This document shows, piece after piece, positions 16,725 to 26,074 of a stretch of DNA of 64,000 bases. The notes under the pieces are model-generated. The model saw only the letters and a list, made by a program, of their open reading frames with translations, had not been told where the DNA came from and did no database searches. Within the stretch, counting starts at the first letter, position 1, and each line of letters opens with the position of its first letter. Position numbers and translations under genes: made by a program. The stretch comes from Candidatus Aminicenantes bacterium (GTDB lineage: Bacteria > Acidobacteriota > Aminicenantia > Aminicenantales > Saccharicenantaceae), in contig CAVULT010000026.1 in the NCBI GenBank assembly GCA_963742235.1, positions 277,083 to 341,082 of the forward strand, given 5' to 3'.

Positions 16725-18164
16725 ATGGCCAACCGTAAGAAAATAATGATTTTGATCGCCGGTGGGGTGGTCCTGGCCATCATCGTCCTCGTCCTCCTCG
16801 CCCTCCTATTCGGCCACAAGGCCCTAAAATCCCGGATCGAAGCGACCGCGTCGAAGGCCCTGGGAATGGAGGTCCATGTCCGCGGCGATGTGAGCATTTC
16901 CTTCTTCCCGGCTTTCGGCGCTTCGCTCGCGGATATCAGCGTCACGAACGGCGGCGCCGACGTGGCGACCGCGGCCAGCATGAAGATGGGCCTGAAGCTC
17001 CTGCCGCTCATCACGGGCAGGGTCAGGATCAGCCGGATCGAGATCGTCAAACCCGCCGTCTCCGTCCTCCGGCAGAAAGACGGAAGGCTCAGTATCGTCA
17101 TGCCCAAAGGCACGTGGTCGGGAGATCGCATAGCCCTGAACAAGCTGGTCGTTTCCCAAGGACGCTTCCTCTTTACGGACCTGAGGTCCGGCGGGGGAAC
17201 TGCGCTCGAAGGCGTCGATATCACGGTTGAGAACCTCTCGACCGGGCCGACCGCGGGCGGGGACCTGTTGAAGAACCTGTCGTTCACCAGCCACGTTCGT
17301 TGCGGAACGGTCAAGGCCGGGGGCCTGGCGATGGCCGACCTCGTTATGAGAGTCGCCGGCAAGAACGGCGTTTTCGATGTCAGCGAGGCCCGCATGAACG
17401 CCTTCGGCGGGCCGGGGAACGGCACTCTCCACGCGGACTTCACGGGGGCCGAGGCTCAATTCAGGATCATTTGGGCTGTGAAGCAGCTCAAGATCGAGCA
17501 ATTGCTGCAAGAATCTCCGAACGCGAAAAACATGGAAGGGCTGGCGGACCTCTCCGTGGACTTGACCGCGAAGGGGAAACTATTTGTTGAAGCGAAACGA
17601 AACCTCCGCGGCCAAGCTTCCCTGAGCGGCGAAAATATCGTCGTCAACGGCATCGATATCGACGACTTGATCATGTCGCTCCTCCGGAGCCGGAGGTTCA
17701 GCCTGGTGGATGTCGGGGCGTTTTTCCTCGCCGGCCCCTTGGGGCCGGCTCTCACACGGGGCTACCGTTTCGCCGACCTTTTCCAGGATTCCCGGGGAGG
17801 AAAAGGCGTCATCGCCCAGCTGGTCTCGGTCTGGAAGGTCGAGAACGGCGTGGCCGAGGCGGTCGATGTCGCCATGGCCACGAAAAAGCGCAGGATCGCG
17901 ATGAAGGGCGGGCTGAATTTCAACGACAACCGCTTCGAGGACGTCGTCGTGGCGGTCGTCGATCAGCACGGCTGCGCCATGCTCACCCAAAAAGTGCGCG
18001 GACCGTTCAACCGTCCGGAGGTTGGCAACATCAACGTTTTCAAATCGCTCACCAGCCCCGTGGCGAACCTCTTGAAGAGCGCGGCGAAGCTGTTCAGCAA
18101 CAAGCCCTGCGAGGTGTTCTATGCGGGCTCCGTCGCGCCGCCGGCGGAGGGGAAACTGCCTTAA
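16725..18164 (+). CDS. AsmA-family protein
   Basis: 479 aa. N-terminal anchor MANRKKIMILIAGGVVLAIIVLVLLALLF, followed by an AsmA-like N-domain (MKMGLKLLPLITGRVRISRIEIVKPAVSVLRQKDGRLS). AGGAGGG SD. Confidence 0.8.
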   Translation: MANRKKIMILIAGGVVLAIIVLVLLALLFGHKALKSRIEATASKALGMEVHVRGDVSISFFPAFGASLADISVTNGGADVATAASMKMGLKLLPLITGRVRISRIEIVKPAVSVLRQKDGRLSIVMPKGTWSGDRIALNKLVVSQGRFLFTDLRSGGGTALEGVDITVENLSTGPTAGGDLLKNLSFTSHVRCGTVKAGGLAMADLVMRVAGKNGVFDVSEARMNAFGGPGNGTLHADFTGAEAQFRIIWAVKQLKIEQLLQESPNAKNMEGLADLSVDLTAKGKLFVEAKRNLRGQASLSGENIVVNGIDIDDLIMSLLRSRRFSLVDVGAFFLAGPLGPALTRGYRFADLFQDSRGGKGVIAQLVSVWKVENGVAEAVDVAMATKKRRIAMKGGLNFNDNRFEDVVVAVVDQHGCAMLTQKVRGPFNRPEVGNINVFKSLTSPVANLLKSAAKLFSNKPCEVFYAGSVAPPAEGKLP

Positions 18165-18216
18165 TCGGCCGGCTCGGATCGCCTCCCGAACCGGGGCGTC
18201 CGTCTCGAGGCTGCGA

Positions 18217-18319
18217 GGAATATCGCTCCAAGGCCCCCGTGAGGGAAGGGGGACCCGCCAGAGGCGGGGAAAACCGTATACGGAGGTTTCCGGGGTGCGG
18301 GGGCAAGGAGCGATATCCC
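18217..18319. other. About 100-nt GC-rich multi-hairpin palindromic element in a convergent intergenic region (candidate structured RNA or bidirectional terminator/REP-like element)
   Basis: The closing inverted repeat GGAATATCGCTCC (18217-18229) / GGAGCGATATCCC (18307-18319) has 12 of 13 positions complementary. It encloses hairpins CCCCC-GTGAGGGAA-GGGGG (18234-18252) and CCCGCC-AGA-GGCGGG (18254-18268) and the palindrome CCGTATACGG. No U-tract and no ORF. Confidence 0.35.
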
Positions 18320-18361
18320 GAACAAAGCCGAAGAGACGGGCTCGCCGGCGGCGCGAGGCGT

Positions 18362-19129
18362 CTAGACGCCTTCGCTCGTCTCGAAAAAGTAGGCCCCGAG
18401 GAAGAGCATGATCAGGGCGAAGCCGGCCATGACGAGGAGGTCGACCAGGACGGGGAGCGACGACGTTCCGGTCAGCACCCCGCGCAGGCCGTCGACGCCG
18501 TAGGTCAGCGGATCGGCGTAGGACAGGGCCCGGATAGCCCAGGGGAAGTTCTCCAGGGGCGTGAGCGCGCCCGAGAGGAAGAAGAAGGGGAAGATGATGA
18601 AGTTCATGACGATGCCGAAGCCCTGCATGTCCTTCATCCGCGAGGCGAAGACGAGGCCCAGGCCGATGAAGGTGAAGGAGATGAGCACCATAAAGACGAG
18701 ACCGAAGGCCAGCGCGGCGGGTCCGCGGAAGCGGAAGCCCATGACGAGCGACGCGCCGAAGATGAGGATCCCCTGGAGCATGGACGTCGTGGTGCCGCCG
18801 GCGATGCGGCCGAGCACGAGCGAGACCCGGCTGACCGGGGCGACCATGATCTCCTTGAGGAAGCCGAATTCCTTGTCCCAGAGGACGGACATGCCCTGCA
18901 TCGACGACGAAAAAAGCAGCGTCATGCCGATGATGCCCGGGGCGAGGTAGCCGATGTAGCCGGCGCCGCCGCCCATCCCGGGGACGGGCATGCGCCGGAA
19001 GCCGAGGCCGAGGAAGGCCAGGAAGAAGACCGGCATGGCCAGGGAGCCGAAGATCCGGGATTTCGCCCGGACGTAGCGGATCATTTCCCGGCGCCACAAG
19101 ACGTAGACCGCGGTCCAGTGGATCTTCAC
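18362..19129 (-). CDS. ABC-2 type exporter permease
   Basis: Real part of the 337-aa track ORF. GTG start 19129 overlaps the upstream stop (GTGA). Six hydrophobic segments; VKIHWTAVYVLWRREMIRYVRAKSRIFGSL is a typical ABC-2 N-terminus. Confidence 0.85.
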   Translation of the reverse strand: MKIHWTAVYVLWRREMIRYVRAKSRIFGSLAMPVFFLAFLGLGFRRMPVPGMGGGAGYIGYLAPGIIGMTLLFSSSMQGMSVLWDKEFGFLKEIMVAPVSRVSLVLGRIAGGTTTSMLQGILIFGASLVMGFRFRGPAALAFGLVFMVLISFTFIGLGLVFASRMKDMQGFGIVMNFIIFPFFFLSGALTPLENFPWAIRALSYADPLTYGVDGLRGVLTGTSSLPVLVDLLVMAGFALIMLFLGAYFFETSEGV

Positions 19130-20124
19130 GGATGCCCCCGCCGCTGCCTCATGACCATGGCCCGGTTGCGCTCGCTCTGGCTGGACTCTTGCTCGCGGAT
19201 GGTCCGGCCGGTGAAGTGGAGGAAGACGTCCTCGAGGCTGGGCTTGCGCAGGTTGACGCAGTTGACCGTGACGCCGTACTGCTGGGCCATGACGACCAGC
19301 TCGGCGATGCGCCTCTCCCCCCGCTCCATGGTCAGGGACAGGACATCGTCGTGGAGCTTGGAGCGCTTGATCCAATCGAGCCGGCCGAGGCTATCCAGGA
19401 AGGCGGCCGTATCGCCTTCGAGCTCGAGCGAGACCACGTCGCCGCCGAGGATGTCCTTGAGCCGGGCCGGCGTGTCGAGCGCCACGAACGTGCCGTGGTC
19501 CATGATGGCCACGCGGTCGCAGAGGAAGTCGGCCTCCTCCATGTAGTGCGTGGTCAGGATGATCGTCACGCCGGCCTCTTTGTTGAGCTTGCGCACGTAC
19601 TCCCAGATATGGCGGCGCGTCTGCGCGTCGAGGCCCAGGGTCGGCTCGTCGAGGAAGAGGACCTTGGGCCGGTGGGTCAGGCCCCGGGCGATCTCGAGGC
19701 GCCTTTTCATGCCGCCGGAATACTTGTCGACGACGGTCGCGGCCTTGTCCGTGAGCTCGACCAGGGCCAGGACCTCGTCGATGCGGCGCCGGCGCTCGGC
19801 CTTGCCGATGCCGTACATCATGGTGTGGAATTCCAGGTTCTCGCGCCCGGTCAGGCGGCCGTCGAGGGCCGGCTCCTGGAAGACGATGCCGATGCTCTTG
19901 CGCACGGCGTCGCGGTCGCGGGCGACGTCGAAGCCGGCCACGGCGGCGCTTCCCGCGGTCGGCCGAAGAAGGGTCGCGAGCATGTTGATCGTCGTCGTCT
20001 TGCCGGCGCCGTTGGGGCCGAGGAGGCCGAAGAGCTCCCCTTCCTCGACGGCGAAGGAGATGCGGTCCACGGCCGTGAAGCCGTCGAACGTCTTGACCAG
20101 GCCTGCCGCGCGAATGGCGTCCAT
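19126..20124 (-). CDS. ABC transporter ATP-binding protein (DrrA-like, partner of the ABC-2 permease)
   Basis: Start at ATG 20124 (MDAIRAAGLVKTF...). Walker A GPNGAGKTT, signature YSGGMKRRLEIA, Walker B VLFLDEPTLGLD. The track N-extension is discarded. Confidence 0.92.
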   Translation of the reverse strand: MDAIRAAGLVKTFDGFTAVDRISFAVEEGELFGLLGPNGAGKTTTINMLATLLRPTAGSAAVAGFDVARDRDAVRKSIGIVFQEPALDGRLTGRENLEFHTMMYGIGKAERRRRIDEVLALVELTDKAATVVDKYSGGMKRRLEIARGLTHRPKVLFLDEPTLGLDAQTRRHIWEYVRKLNKEAGVTIILTTHYMEEADFLCDRVAIMDHGTFVALDTPARLKDILGGDVVSLELEGDTAAFLDSLGRLDWIKRSKLHDDVLSLTMERGERRIAELVVMAQQYGVTVNCVNLRKPSLEDVFLHFTGRTIREQESSQSERNRAMVMRQRRGHP

Positions 20125-20144
20125 CAATGCTCCATTAAAACAGC

Positions 20145-20161
20145 CATGATACCACTTTTCG
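20145..20161 (-). promoter_or_regulatory. Extended -10 promoter candidate (copy 2 of the identical 17-mer) for the ABC-2 exporter operon
   Basis: Minus strand: CGAAAAGTGGTATCATG, identical to 7892-7908. The -10 ends about 21 nt upstream of ATG 20124. Confidence 0.45.
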
Positions 20162-20225
20162 GGGACGATGAGAGGGGCCGAGCCGGGCGCCGGGGATATC
20201 TTCCCGCCCCCCGGGGCCGAATCCG

Positions 20226-20254
20226 TTGACAAGCGGCCCGGACCGACCTATTAT
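20226..20254 (+). promoter_or_regulatory. sigma70-like promoter for the hypothetical/VWA operon
   Basis: TTGACA-N17-TATTAT, about 110 nt upstream of GTG 20364. Confidence 0.5.
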
Positions 20255-20363
20255 TCAGATCGAGAGAAGGGCTGGAAGGGCGGAAAAGCGAAGTCACCGG
20301 GATGCGCCGAGTGCGACGGCGCGGGCTTTCAGCGTCCGGCGTGGCTCCGCTGAGGGGGACGAA

Positions 20364-21284
20364 GTGAGGCCAGTCCGTCACGCCTGCAGGCAAGGCCGCT
20401 CGCGGATCATCGGTATCATCGTCATCACGGTTCTGCCGCCTCTGGTCCTTTCCGCAGTGATCGATCGACCTCCCGGCCATCAAGGCCGGATCCCGGGATC
20501 CCCCTCCGCTCCGGTTCTCGAGTCCCTGCTGGCGCGGGCGGCCGAGTATTGCGACAGGCTCGACCGGTCCGTCCTGAATTTCGTCTGCCGTGAGCGGATC
20601 GAGGAGTGGTTCCTTCCCGAAGTCAGGCCGCGGACCTTTTCACCGCAGCTGGGAACATACTTTGTCGGGAAACGGGAGAGCCATCGCTATCTCTATGATT
20701 ATCAAATCGTCCGGGAACGCGAGGGGCTTGTCGACGAGCGCCGCACGCTCCTCGAGGAAGATCAGAAACGGGTCTCGATCCCCGGATCGCCGCTCAAGAC
20801 CCGCAGTTTCTCGCACGCCAGGGTCGTCATGGGCCCGCTCGGCCTTCTCAGGCGGGAGATCCAAGCCGTCCATGACTACAGGATCGTGAGGGAAGAAAAG
20901 GTCCGGGGCGAGGAGGCCTTGGTCATCGAAGCCGTCCCCAAGCCCGGCACTCTCCCGCAACAGCTTTTCGGCACGATCTGGCTCCGCAAGGAGGACGCGA
21001 GCGTCCTCAAGATCGAGTGGAATCCGGCCTCCATCGGTCATTATCAGACCGTCGAGGAGACCGCCCTGCGTCTCGATATGATCCCTGATCTCTTTTTCGC
21101 TTCGGAATACGCCTTCGAGAAGAACGGCCTCCGTTTTCCCAGCCGCTTCACCGCGAAAGAGACCTATCGCCGGCGGAGCGGCCGCCGGCTTCAGCTCTCC
21201 GAGGTCGATGTCATCTACGATGAGTACAAGTTCTTCACGGTCGAGACCGAGGTGGACATCAGGGAGGGAGGACATCGGCCTTGA
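20364..21284 (+). CDS. Hypothetical membrane-anchored/secreted protein, translationally coupled to the downstream VWA gene
   Basis: GTG 20364 is preceded by GAGGGGG. N-terminus RSRIIGIIVITVLPPLVLSAVI is an anchor. The remainder has normal composition (YLYDYQIVREREGLVDERRTLLEE..., IWLRKEDASVLKIEWNP). No family recognised. The stop overlaps the next start (TTGA). Confidence 0.6.
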   Translation: MRPVRHACRQGRSRIIGIIVITVLPPLVLSAVIDRPPGHQGRIPGSPSAPVLESLLARAAEYCDRLDRSVLNFVCRERIEEWFLPEVRPRTFSPQLGTYFVGKRESHRYLYDYQIVREREGLVDERRTLLEEDQKRVSIPGSPLKTRSFSHARVVMGPLGLLRREIQAVHDYRIVREEKVRGEEALVIEAVPKPGTLPQQLFGTIWLRKEDASVLKIEWNPASIGHYQTVEETALRLDMIPDLFFASEYAFEKNGLRFPSRFTAKETYRRRSGRRLQLSEVDVIYDEYKFFTVETEVDIREGGHRP

Positions 21285-23383
21285 CGAAGAGGGCGGTCAA
21301 AGGGATTATCGCGGCTGGCGCCGCCGTCGGCTGGCTTGCCTTCTCGGCCGCCGCGCGCCAGGCCGGAGAGCAGAAGCGCCCCCTGCGTCATGACGCCGCC
21401 GCCATCGTCAAGCTCGTGTCCGTCAGGGTCCTCGGTCCTGACGGACTCCCCTTGACGGAGCTCCGGAAGGAGGATTTCTCCCTCTACGAGGACGGCCAAC
21501 GGAAAACGATCACCGAGTTCGAGGTTCACGCTTTGACCGAAGCGGGAATGACGCTCATGCCTCAGCCCCCTGGGGCCGCCGAGGCCGCCGTCCGGGAGGG
21601 CGGGGCGAATGTCAGGAAGATCTTCATCTTCCTCGACCAGCAGGCCGGCGACGAGGCCGGCCGGGTCAAAGCCAGGACCGCCGCACTCCGTTTCCTGGAT
21701 ACTCAGGTCCGGCCGGGGGATGAGGTGGCCGTCATCGGGTTCTATGCCGCGTCCGGGTTCTTTATTCGCGAGTACCTGACTTCGGACATGGGCCGGATCC
21801 GCCGGGCGATCAACAAGCCGGCCGAGACCCGGCCGAGCTCCGGAGAATGGGTCGGTCCCCTCGATGACAGCGCGGCCGTTCCGTTCCGTTCCGAGGGAAG
21901 GGCGGCCTTCGACGAAGGCCGCGGCCGGCAGCTGGAACTCCCGTCGAACGGCTCCCTCGGCGCCGCCGGCGTCGGGAGGGATGAGGCCGGTCTGGCGGTC
22001 ATCGATTCGCCAAGCGCCGGGATGAGCGGGGTGTTCGTGCCGGGGACAGCGGCCTACGGGAGGATCGATTTCGTGCCCCGGATGGAGGATCTGGTCGAGG
22101 TCTTCAAGACCATCCCCGGCCAGAAAAGCCTCATCCTGTTCACGTCCCGAAACCTGGGACCCAACGCGGCACGGCTCGGGAAGCTGTTCGGAGCGGTCGG
22201 CACCACGGTCTTCGCCGTCAACACCCAGGATTGGAAGATGAGCCCCATGGGGGGAGCGAAGATCCATTTTATCTGGGAGGACCATTCGCTGAAGGACCTG
22301 TCGATCGCCTCCGGCGGGAAATATTTCGCCGACATCAACGAGGCCGAGGCGATCGCCCGGGACCTGCAGACCCTGACCGGGAACTTTTATGTCCTCGGCT
22401 ATTACGTCCGGGAGACCTGGGAAGGGAAATACCACAAAATCCGCGTCGAGGTCGCCCGGCCCGGAGCCCGTGTCCTGGCCCAGGACGGCTATGCCGACCC
22501 CAAGCCGTTCTCGCAGATGTCGGATTTCGAAAAAGACATTCAGCTCATCGACCTGGCCTGGGCCGACAGGCCCGTGACCGCGTTTCAAAGCCTCGATGTC
22601 GATCCCCTGGTCGTCCTCGAGGACGGCGGGGCTCAGGTCTGCCTGCTGGCCAGGCTTGAGGTCGACGCCAAGTCGGGGGTGCCTCCCGGACGCAATGAGA
22701 TCTTCGCCTTTCTCCGGGACGAAAGCGGCGCCGCGAAGCTTTCGCGGCGCTGGGAAATGGATCTTTCGAAATTCGACGGGAAGAGCCTCTGGGCCTATGC
22801 CATCGTTCCGGTCTCGGCCGGGGCCCATGATATTCGGATCGTCGTCCGGGACCTGGTCAACGGCGAGTCCTGTGTCGGACGGGCCGGCTTTGAGGTCGCT
22901 GTTCCGGAGAAGGCAGGCATCCGGATATCGTCACCGCTGCTTTTCGAGGAGGGCCCGGGTGCTCCCTACGTGAGGTTGTCCGGAGCGACCCCGGCCGCCG
23001 GGAAGAGGATGGCCGCCTCGGAGCCGTCCCTCATCGACCTTTATCGCCTGATCCCGAAGGAAGGCCGGCTTGTTGCCGGAGAAACATCGCCGGGCGGCCG
23101 CAACCTCACGGTCATTATCCCCTTCTTGGCGGATCCGGCCGAGCCCGACGAGCCTCCCATCCTGTCTGTCGAGGCCAAGCTCGTCTCGAGGACTGACGGC
23201 GGCGAGGCCGTTGCGGGATTGAGGATCCGCGATCACAGGAAGCTCGAGGGGAAACCCGACATCCTGGTCGCGGAGATCACCCTGCCGGGCGTCGCATCAG
23301 GCTCCTATGACCTGGTGATCTCGATCGAGGATGTCGAGACGGGCCGCAGCGCGGTCGTCCGAAAGCCCCTGGGGGTACGATAG
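21281..23383 (+). CDS. VWA-domain protein of the 'VWFA-related Acidobacterial' (TIGR03436-like) type
   Basis: 700 aa with a TTG start and a signal peptide. N-terminal VSVRVLGPDGLPLTELRKEDFSLYEDGQRKTITEFEV is the hallmark of this family. VWA core IFIFLDQQAGDEAG...VAVIGF. Confidence 0.75.
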   Translation: MTKRAVKGIIAAGAAVGWLAFSAAARQAGEQKRPLRHDAAAIVKLVSVRVLGPDGLPLTELRKEDFSLYEDGQRKTITEFEVHALTEAGMTLMPQPPGAAEAAVREGGANVRKIFIFLDQQAGDEAGRVKARTAALRFLDTQVRPGDEVAVIGFYAASGFFIREYLTSDMGRIRRAINKPAETRPSSGEWVGPLDDSAAVPFRSEGRAAFDEGRGRQLELPSNGSLGAAGVGRDEAGLAVIDSPSAGMSGVFVPGTAAYGRIDFVPRMEDLVEVFKTIPGQKSLILFTSRNLGPNAARLGKLFGAVGTTVFAVNTQDWKMSPMGGAKIHFIWEDHSLKDLSIASGGKYFADINEAEAIARDLQTLTGNFYVLGYYVRETWEGKYHKIRVEVARPGARVLAQDGYADPKPFSQMSDFEKDIQLIDLAWADRPVTAFQSLDVDPLVVLEDGGAQVCLLARLEVDAKSGVPPGRNEIFAFLRDESGAAKLSRRWEMDLSKFDGKSLWAYAIVPVSAGAHDIRIVVRDLVNGESCVGRAGFEVAVPEKAGIRISSPLLFEEGPGAPYVRLSGATPAAGKRMAASEPSLIDLYRLIPKEGRLVAGETSPGGRNLTVIIPFLADPAEPDEPPILSVEAKLVSRTDGGEAVAGLRIRDHRKLEGKPDILVAEITLPGVASGSYDLVISIEDVETGRSAVVRKPLGVR

Positions 23384-23427
23384 CGGCGCAAGACGCCTGC
23401 CGTCAGAGAAAGGAGCAGGAGATCGAA

Positions 23428-23901
23428 ATGAAGAAGGTTCTGGGGATCGTCGTCTTCATCATCGTTTGCGAGCTCGCCGGTTTCGTCGGCTCGCTCTTCA
23501 CGACGCCGTCCATCCCGGGCTGGTACGCCGGGCTGATAAAGCCGGCGTTCAATCCGCCGGGCTGGATCTTCGCCCCGGTCTGGACGACCCTCTACGCCCT
23601 GATGGGACTCGCCGCCTGGCTCGTCTATGACAAAGGGGTCCGAAGGGTCGAGGTCAAGAGAGCGCTGTTCGTCTTCGTGGCCCAGCTCATCCTGAACGTT
23701 ATGTGGTCGATCATGTTCTTCGGCGCCCATCGGATCCTGGGGGCCTTCGTCATCATCGTAGCCATGTGGATCCTGATCCTGGGAACGATCCTGCGCTTCC
23801 ACAAGATCTCGAAGGCTGCCGCGTTTCTCCTCGTGCCCTACCTTCTGTGGGTCGGCTTCGCGATGGTCCTCAATGTCTCGCTGTACATTCTTAATAGGTA
23901 G
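23428..23901 (+). CDS. tspO: TspO/MBR tryptophan-rich sensory protein
   Basis: 157 aa, five helices. Motifs WYAGLIKPAFNPPGWIFAPVWTTLYALMG and LVPYLLWVGFAMVLN. Confidence 0.92.
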   Translation: MKKVLGIVVFIIVCELAGFVGSLFTTPSIPGWYAGLIKPAFNPPGWIFAPVWTTLYALMGLAAWLVYDKGVRRVEVKRALFVFVAQLILNVMWSIMFFGAHRILGAFVIIVAMWILILGTILRFHKISKAAAFLLVPYLLWVGFAMVLNVSLYILNR

Positions 23902-23954
23902 GGGTCGGACCACAGAAACACGAACAATATCAATAAGTTAGGCTCGTTTTCTGG

Positions 23955-23982
23955 CCTGTTTTTGGCTTAAAACAGGTGTTTT
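23955..23982 (+). terminator. Candidate intrinsic terminator downstream of tspO
   Basis: Stem CCTGTTTT (23955-23962) pairs with AAAACAGG (23969-23976), loop TGGCTT, followed by TGTTTT. A second GC hairpin, GGGGC-AAAAAC-GCCCC, lies at 23985-24000. The stem is AT-rich, hence modest confidence. Confidence 0.4.
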
Positions 23983-24033
23983 CGGGGGCAAAAACGCCCC
24001 GTATCTATCCCTCGTTCCGGGCGCGCCGGAAGT

Positions 24034-24387
24034 CTACTTGCCCAGCCCCTTTCGGATCGTCTCCAGCTTCTCCTTGAGGACGGGGGCGAATGCGAAGAAC
24101 CCCTGCAGGGTCGCGCAGCCGTAGTCCGGACAGTGCGCGCAGGTCGCGACGCCGCGCGACGAGGCGCAGACGCGGATGCCGCACGTCACCGCGTGGGCCG
24201 TGCTCACCCTCTTCCCCATCGAGCAGCCGTCGCAGACGCAGGCGTCGGCGCCCATGTCCTTGCCGCCGAACTGCGCGGCCCACTTTTTCGCGACCGCTTC
24301 GAGTCCGGGCCGGTCGTTCTTCTGCGTGGCGATGTACGCTTCGCATTCGCCGCAATCGAGTCCGCAATAGGCTTGGTTCTTGGGCAT
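24034..24387 (-). CDS. DUF3795-like cysteine-rich protein
   Basis: 117 aa. The N-terminal YCGLDCGECEAY plus further C-x-C and C-x2-C clusters are typical of DUF3795. GGAAGGAG SD. Confidence 0.8.
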   Translation of the reverse strand: MPKNQAYCGLDCGECEAYIATQKNDRPGLEAVAKKWAAQFGGKDMGADACVCDGCSMGKRVSTAHAVTCGIRVCASSRGVATCAHCPDYGCATLQGFFAFAPVLKEKLETIRKGLGK

Positions 24388-24408
24388 ATTTCACTCCTTC
24401 CGGAAAGA

Positions 24409-26058
24409 TCAATTCCCCTTGGACGGCATCTCGACCGGGATCGGCAGGGGCTTGCGCGGCAGCATGTCCTCCCGCATGGCCGTCTGGTAGACGAAGTAGG
24501 CCATGACGACGGCCGATTGGATGAGGTCCTCGGGGACGGCATGGTCGTAAACGTCCTGGTTCGTGTGGTGGAGCCAGGGGAAGTAGTCGAGCGGTTCCTG
24601 GATGAACTGGAAGCCGGGGATGCCGATGTAATCGAACGGCAGGTGGTCCGTCCCGTCGGTATCCTGCAGGGTGAGGGCCGTCACGCCAAGATCCTTCAGC
24701 GGCTTCATCCACTCCTCGAAGATCGGACGAACCGCAAAGTTCTCCTGGAGATAGACGCCCCGGATCCGGCCCGAGCCGTTGTCGTAGTTGAAATACCCCG
24801 AGATCTTGGCGTAGTCGGGCTTGGCCAGAAGCTTCCGCGAATCACCGAGGGGGTTGCGCCAGCTCTTGTCGAGGGTCTCGAAGTCCATCTTGGCCAGGCT
24901 CTGCTTGTCCGTGTCCCCGAAGTGGCGGACGACGTAGCCCCGCGATCCGAAGAAGCCCTCCTCCTCACCGGTCCAGAACGCCGCCCGGATCGTCCGCCGG
25001 GGCTTGACCCCGAGGGCCTTGAGGATCCGGACGGCTTCCATGGCCACCGCGCATCCGGCGGCGTCGTCCACGGCCCCCGTGCCGCCCGTCCAGGAATCGA
25101 GATGGCCGCCGAGCATGACCAGCTCGTCCTTCTTGTCCGTGCCGGGGATCTCGGCCGTGACATCGTATCCCTGGGTGTCCTTGTCATAGATCGTCGTCCG
25201 GACCTCGATCTCGAGGGTCACCGGGACTTTGAGATCGAGGATGCGGCAGATCCGGTTGTAGGCCTCGGCCGCCACGATGATCCGCGGGCTCTGGCCGCGG
25301 GTCAGGAAATCCTTCCCGTTCCCGCCGTAGGCGTCGACGTTGACCGTGCCGTAATCGGACCGGCTTCCGCTCGAGGACTCGACGAGAACGCCGACCCCTT
25401 CGGCCTTGAAGAACTCCTCCATCTCCTCCCATTTCAGGCCGCCTTCCCCGCCGGCTTCACCCGGCTTGGCCGGCTTGACGGGGATCGGCATGTCCTCGAT
25501 CTCCCGGAGGCCCTTGTCGTCGAGCCTTGTCGCCGGCGCGCTGAAGTTGGGATGGACGGGCCTCGGGTCATTGAGGAGAACGATCGCGCCCTTGAGCTTG
25601 CCCTTGTATTTGTCCATGTCGGCCTTGGACGAGAGGATCGCGAAGACGGGGCTCCCGGTGATCTTCCCTTTGGTGCTGCCTGTCCACGGCCGGGGGTAGG
25701 CCAGGATCGGCATATAGGAGGGGGCCGTCATATGGGCCGAGACATATTCGCAGGACCAGCCCAGGCCAAACTCGCCCGAAGGCTCGATGGCCGCATGGGC
25801 CAGGCCGAGCTCGGTGAATCGCCGGACCGCCCACTCCGCCGCCTTGTCGTAGGCCGGCGATCCGGGGATCCGCGGCCCGAAGACGTCCGTGATCCAGCTC
25901 AGGTGCTCCATGACCCGGGAATTGTTCGTCCCCTCGAGCCAGATGCGGTTGAGCATGACGGTGTCCGCGGCATCGGCCGGACGGACCTGGGCGTGCGCCG
26001 CGAGGGAGACCGACAAAAGGGCCAGGATGATCGAAAGCGATGAGCGATGACTTTTCAT
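24409..26058 (-). CDS. Secreted M28-family aminopeptidase with PA-domain insert
   Basis: Signal peptide MKSHRSSLSIILALLSVSLAAHAQ. Metal-ligand context LVMLGGHLDSWTGGTGAVDDAAGCAV and FWTGEEEGFFGSRGY. ATG 26058 has better SD spacing than the track start at 26064. Confidence 0.88.
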   Translation of the reverse strand: MKSHRSSLSIILALLSVSLAAHAQVRPADAADTVMLNRIWLEGTNNSRVMEHLSWITDVFGPRIPGSPAYDKAAEWAVRRFTELGLAHAAIEPSGEFGLGWSCEYVSAHMTAPSYMPILAYPRPWTGSTKGKITGSPVFAILSSKADMDKYKGKLKGAIVLLNDPRPVHPNFSAPATRLDDKGLREIEDMPIPVKPAKPGEAGGEGGLKWEEMEEFFKAEGVGVLVESSSGSRSDYGTVNVDAYGGNGKDFLTRGQSPRIIVAAEAYNRICRILDLKVPVTLEIEVRTTIYDKDTQGYDVTAEIPGTDKKDELVMLGGHLDSWTGGTGAVDDAAGCAVAMEAVRILKALGVKPRRTIRAAFWTGEEEGFFGSRGYVVRHFGDTDKQSLAKMDFETLDKSWRNPLGDSRKLLAKPDYAKISGYFNYDNGSGRIRGVYLQENFAVRPIFEEWMKPLKDLGVTALTLQDTDGTDHLPFDYIGIPGFQFIQEPLDYFPWLHHTNQDVYDHAVPEDLIQSAVVMAYFVYQTAMREDMLPRKPLPIPVEMPSKGN

Positions 26059-26074
26059 GGACATGGACTCCTTT

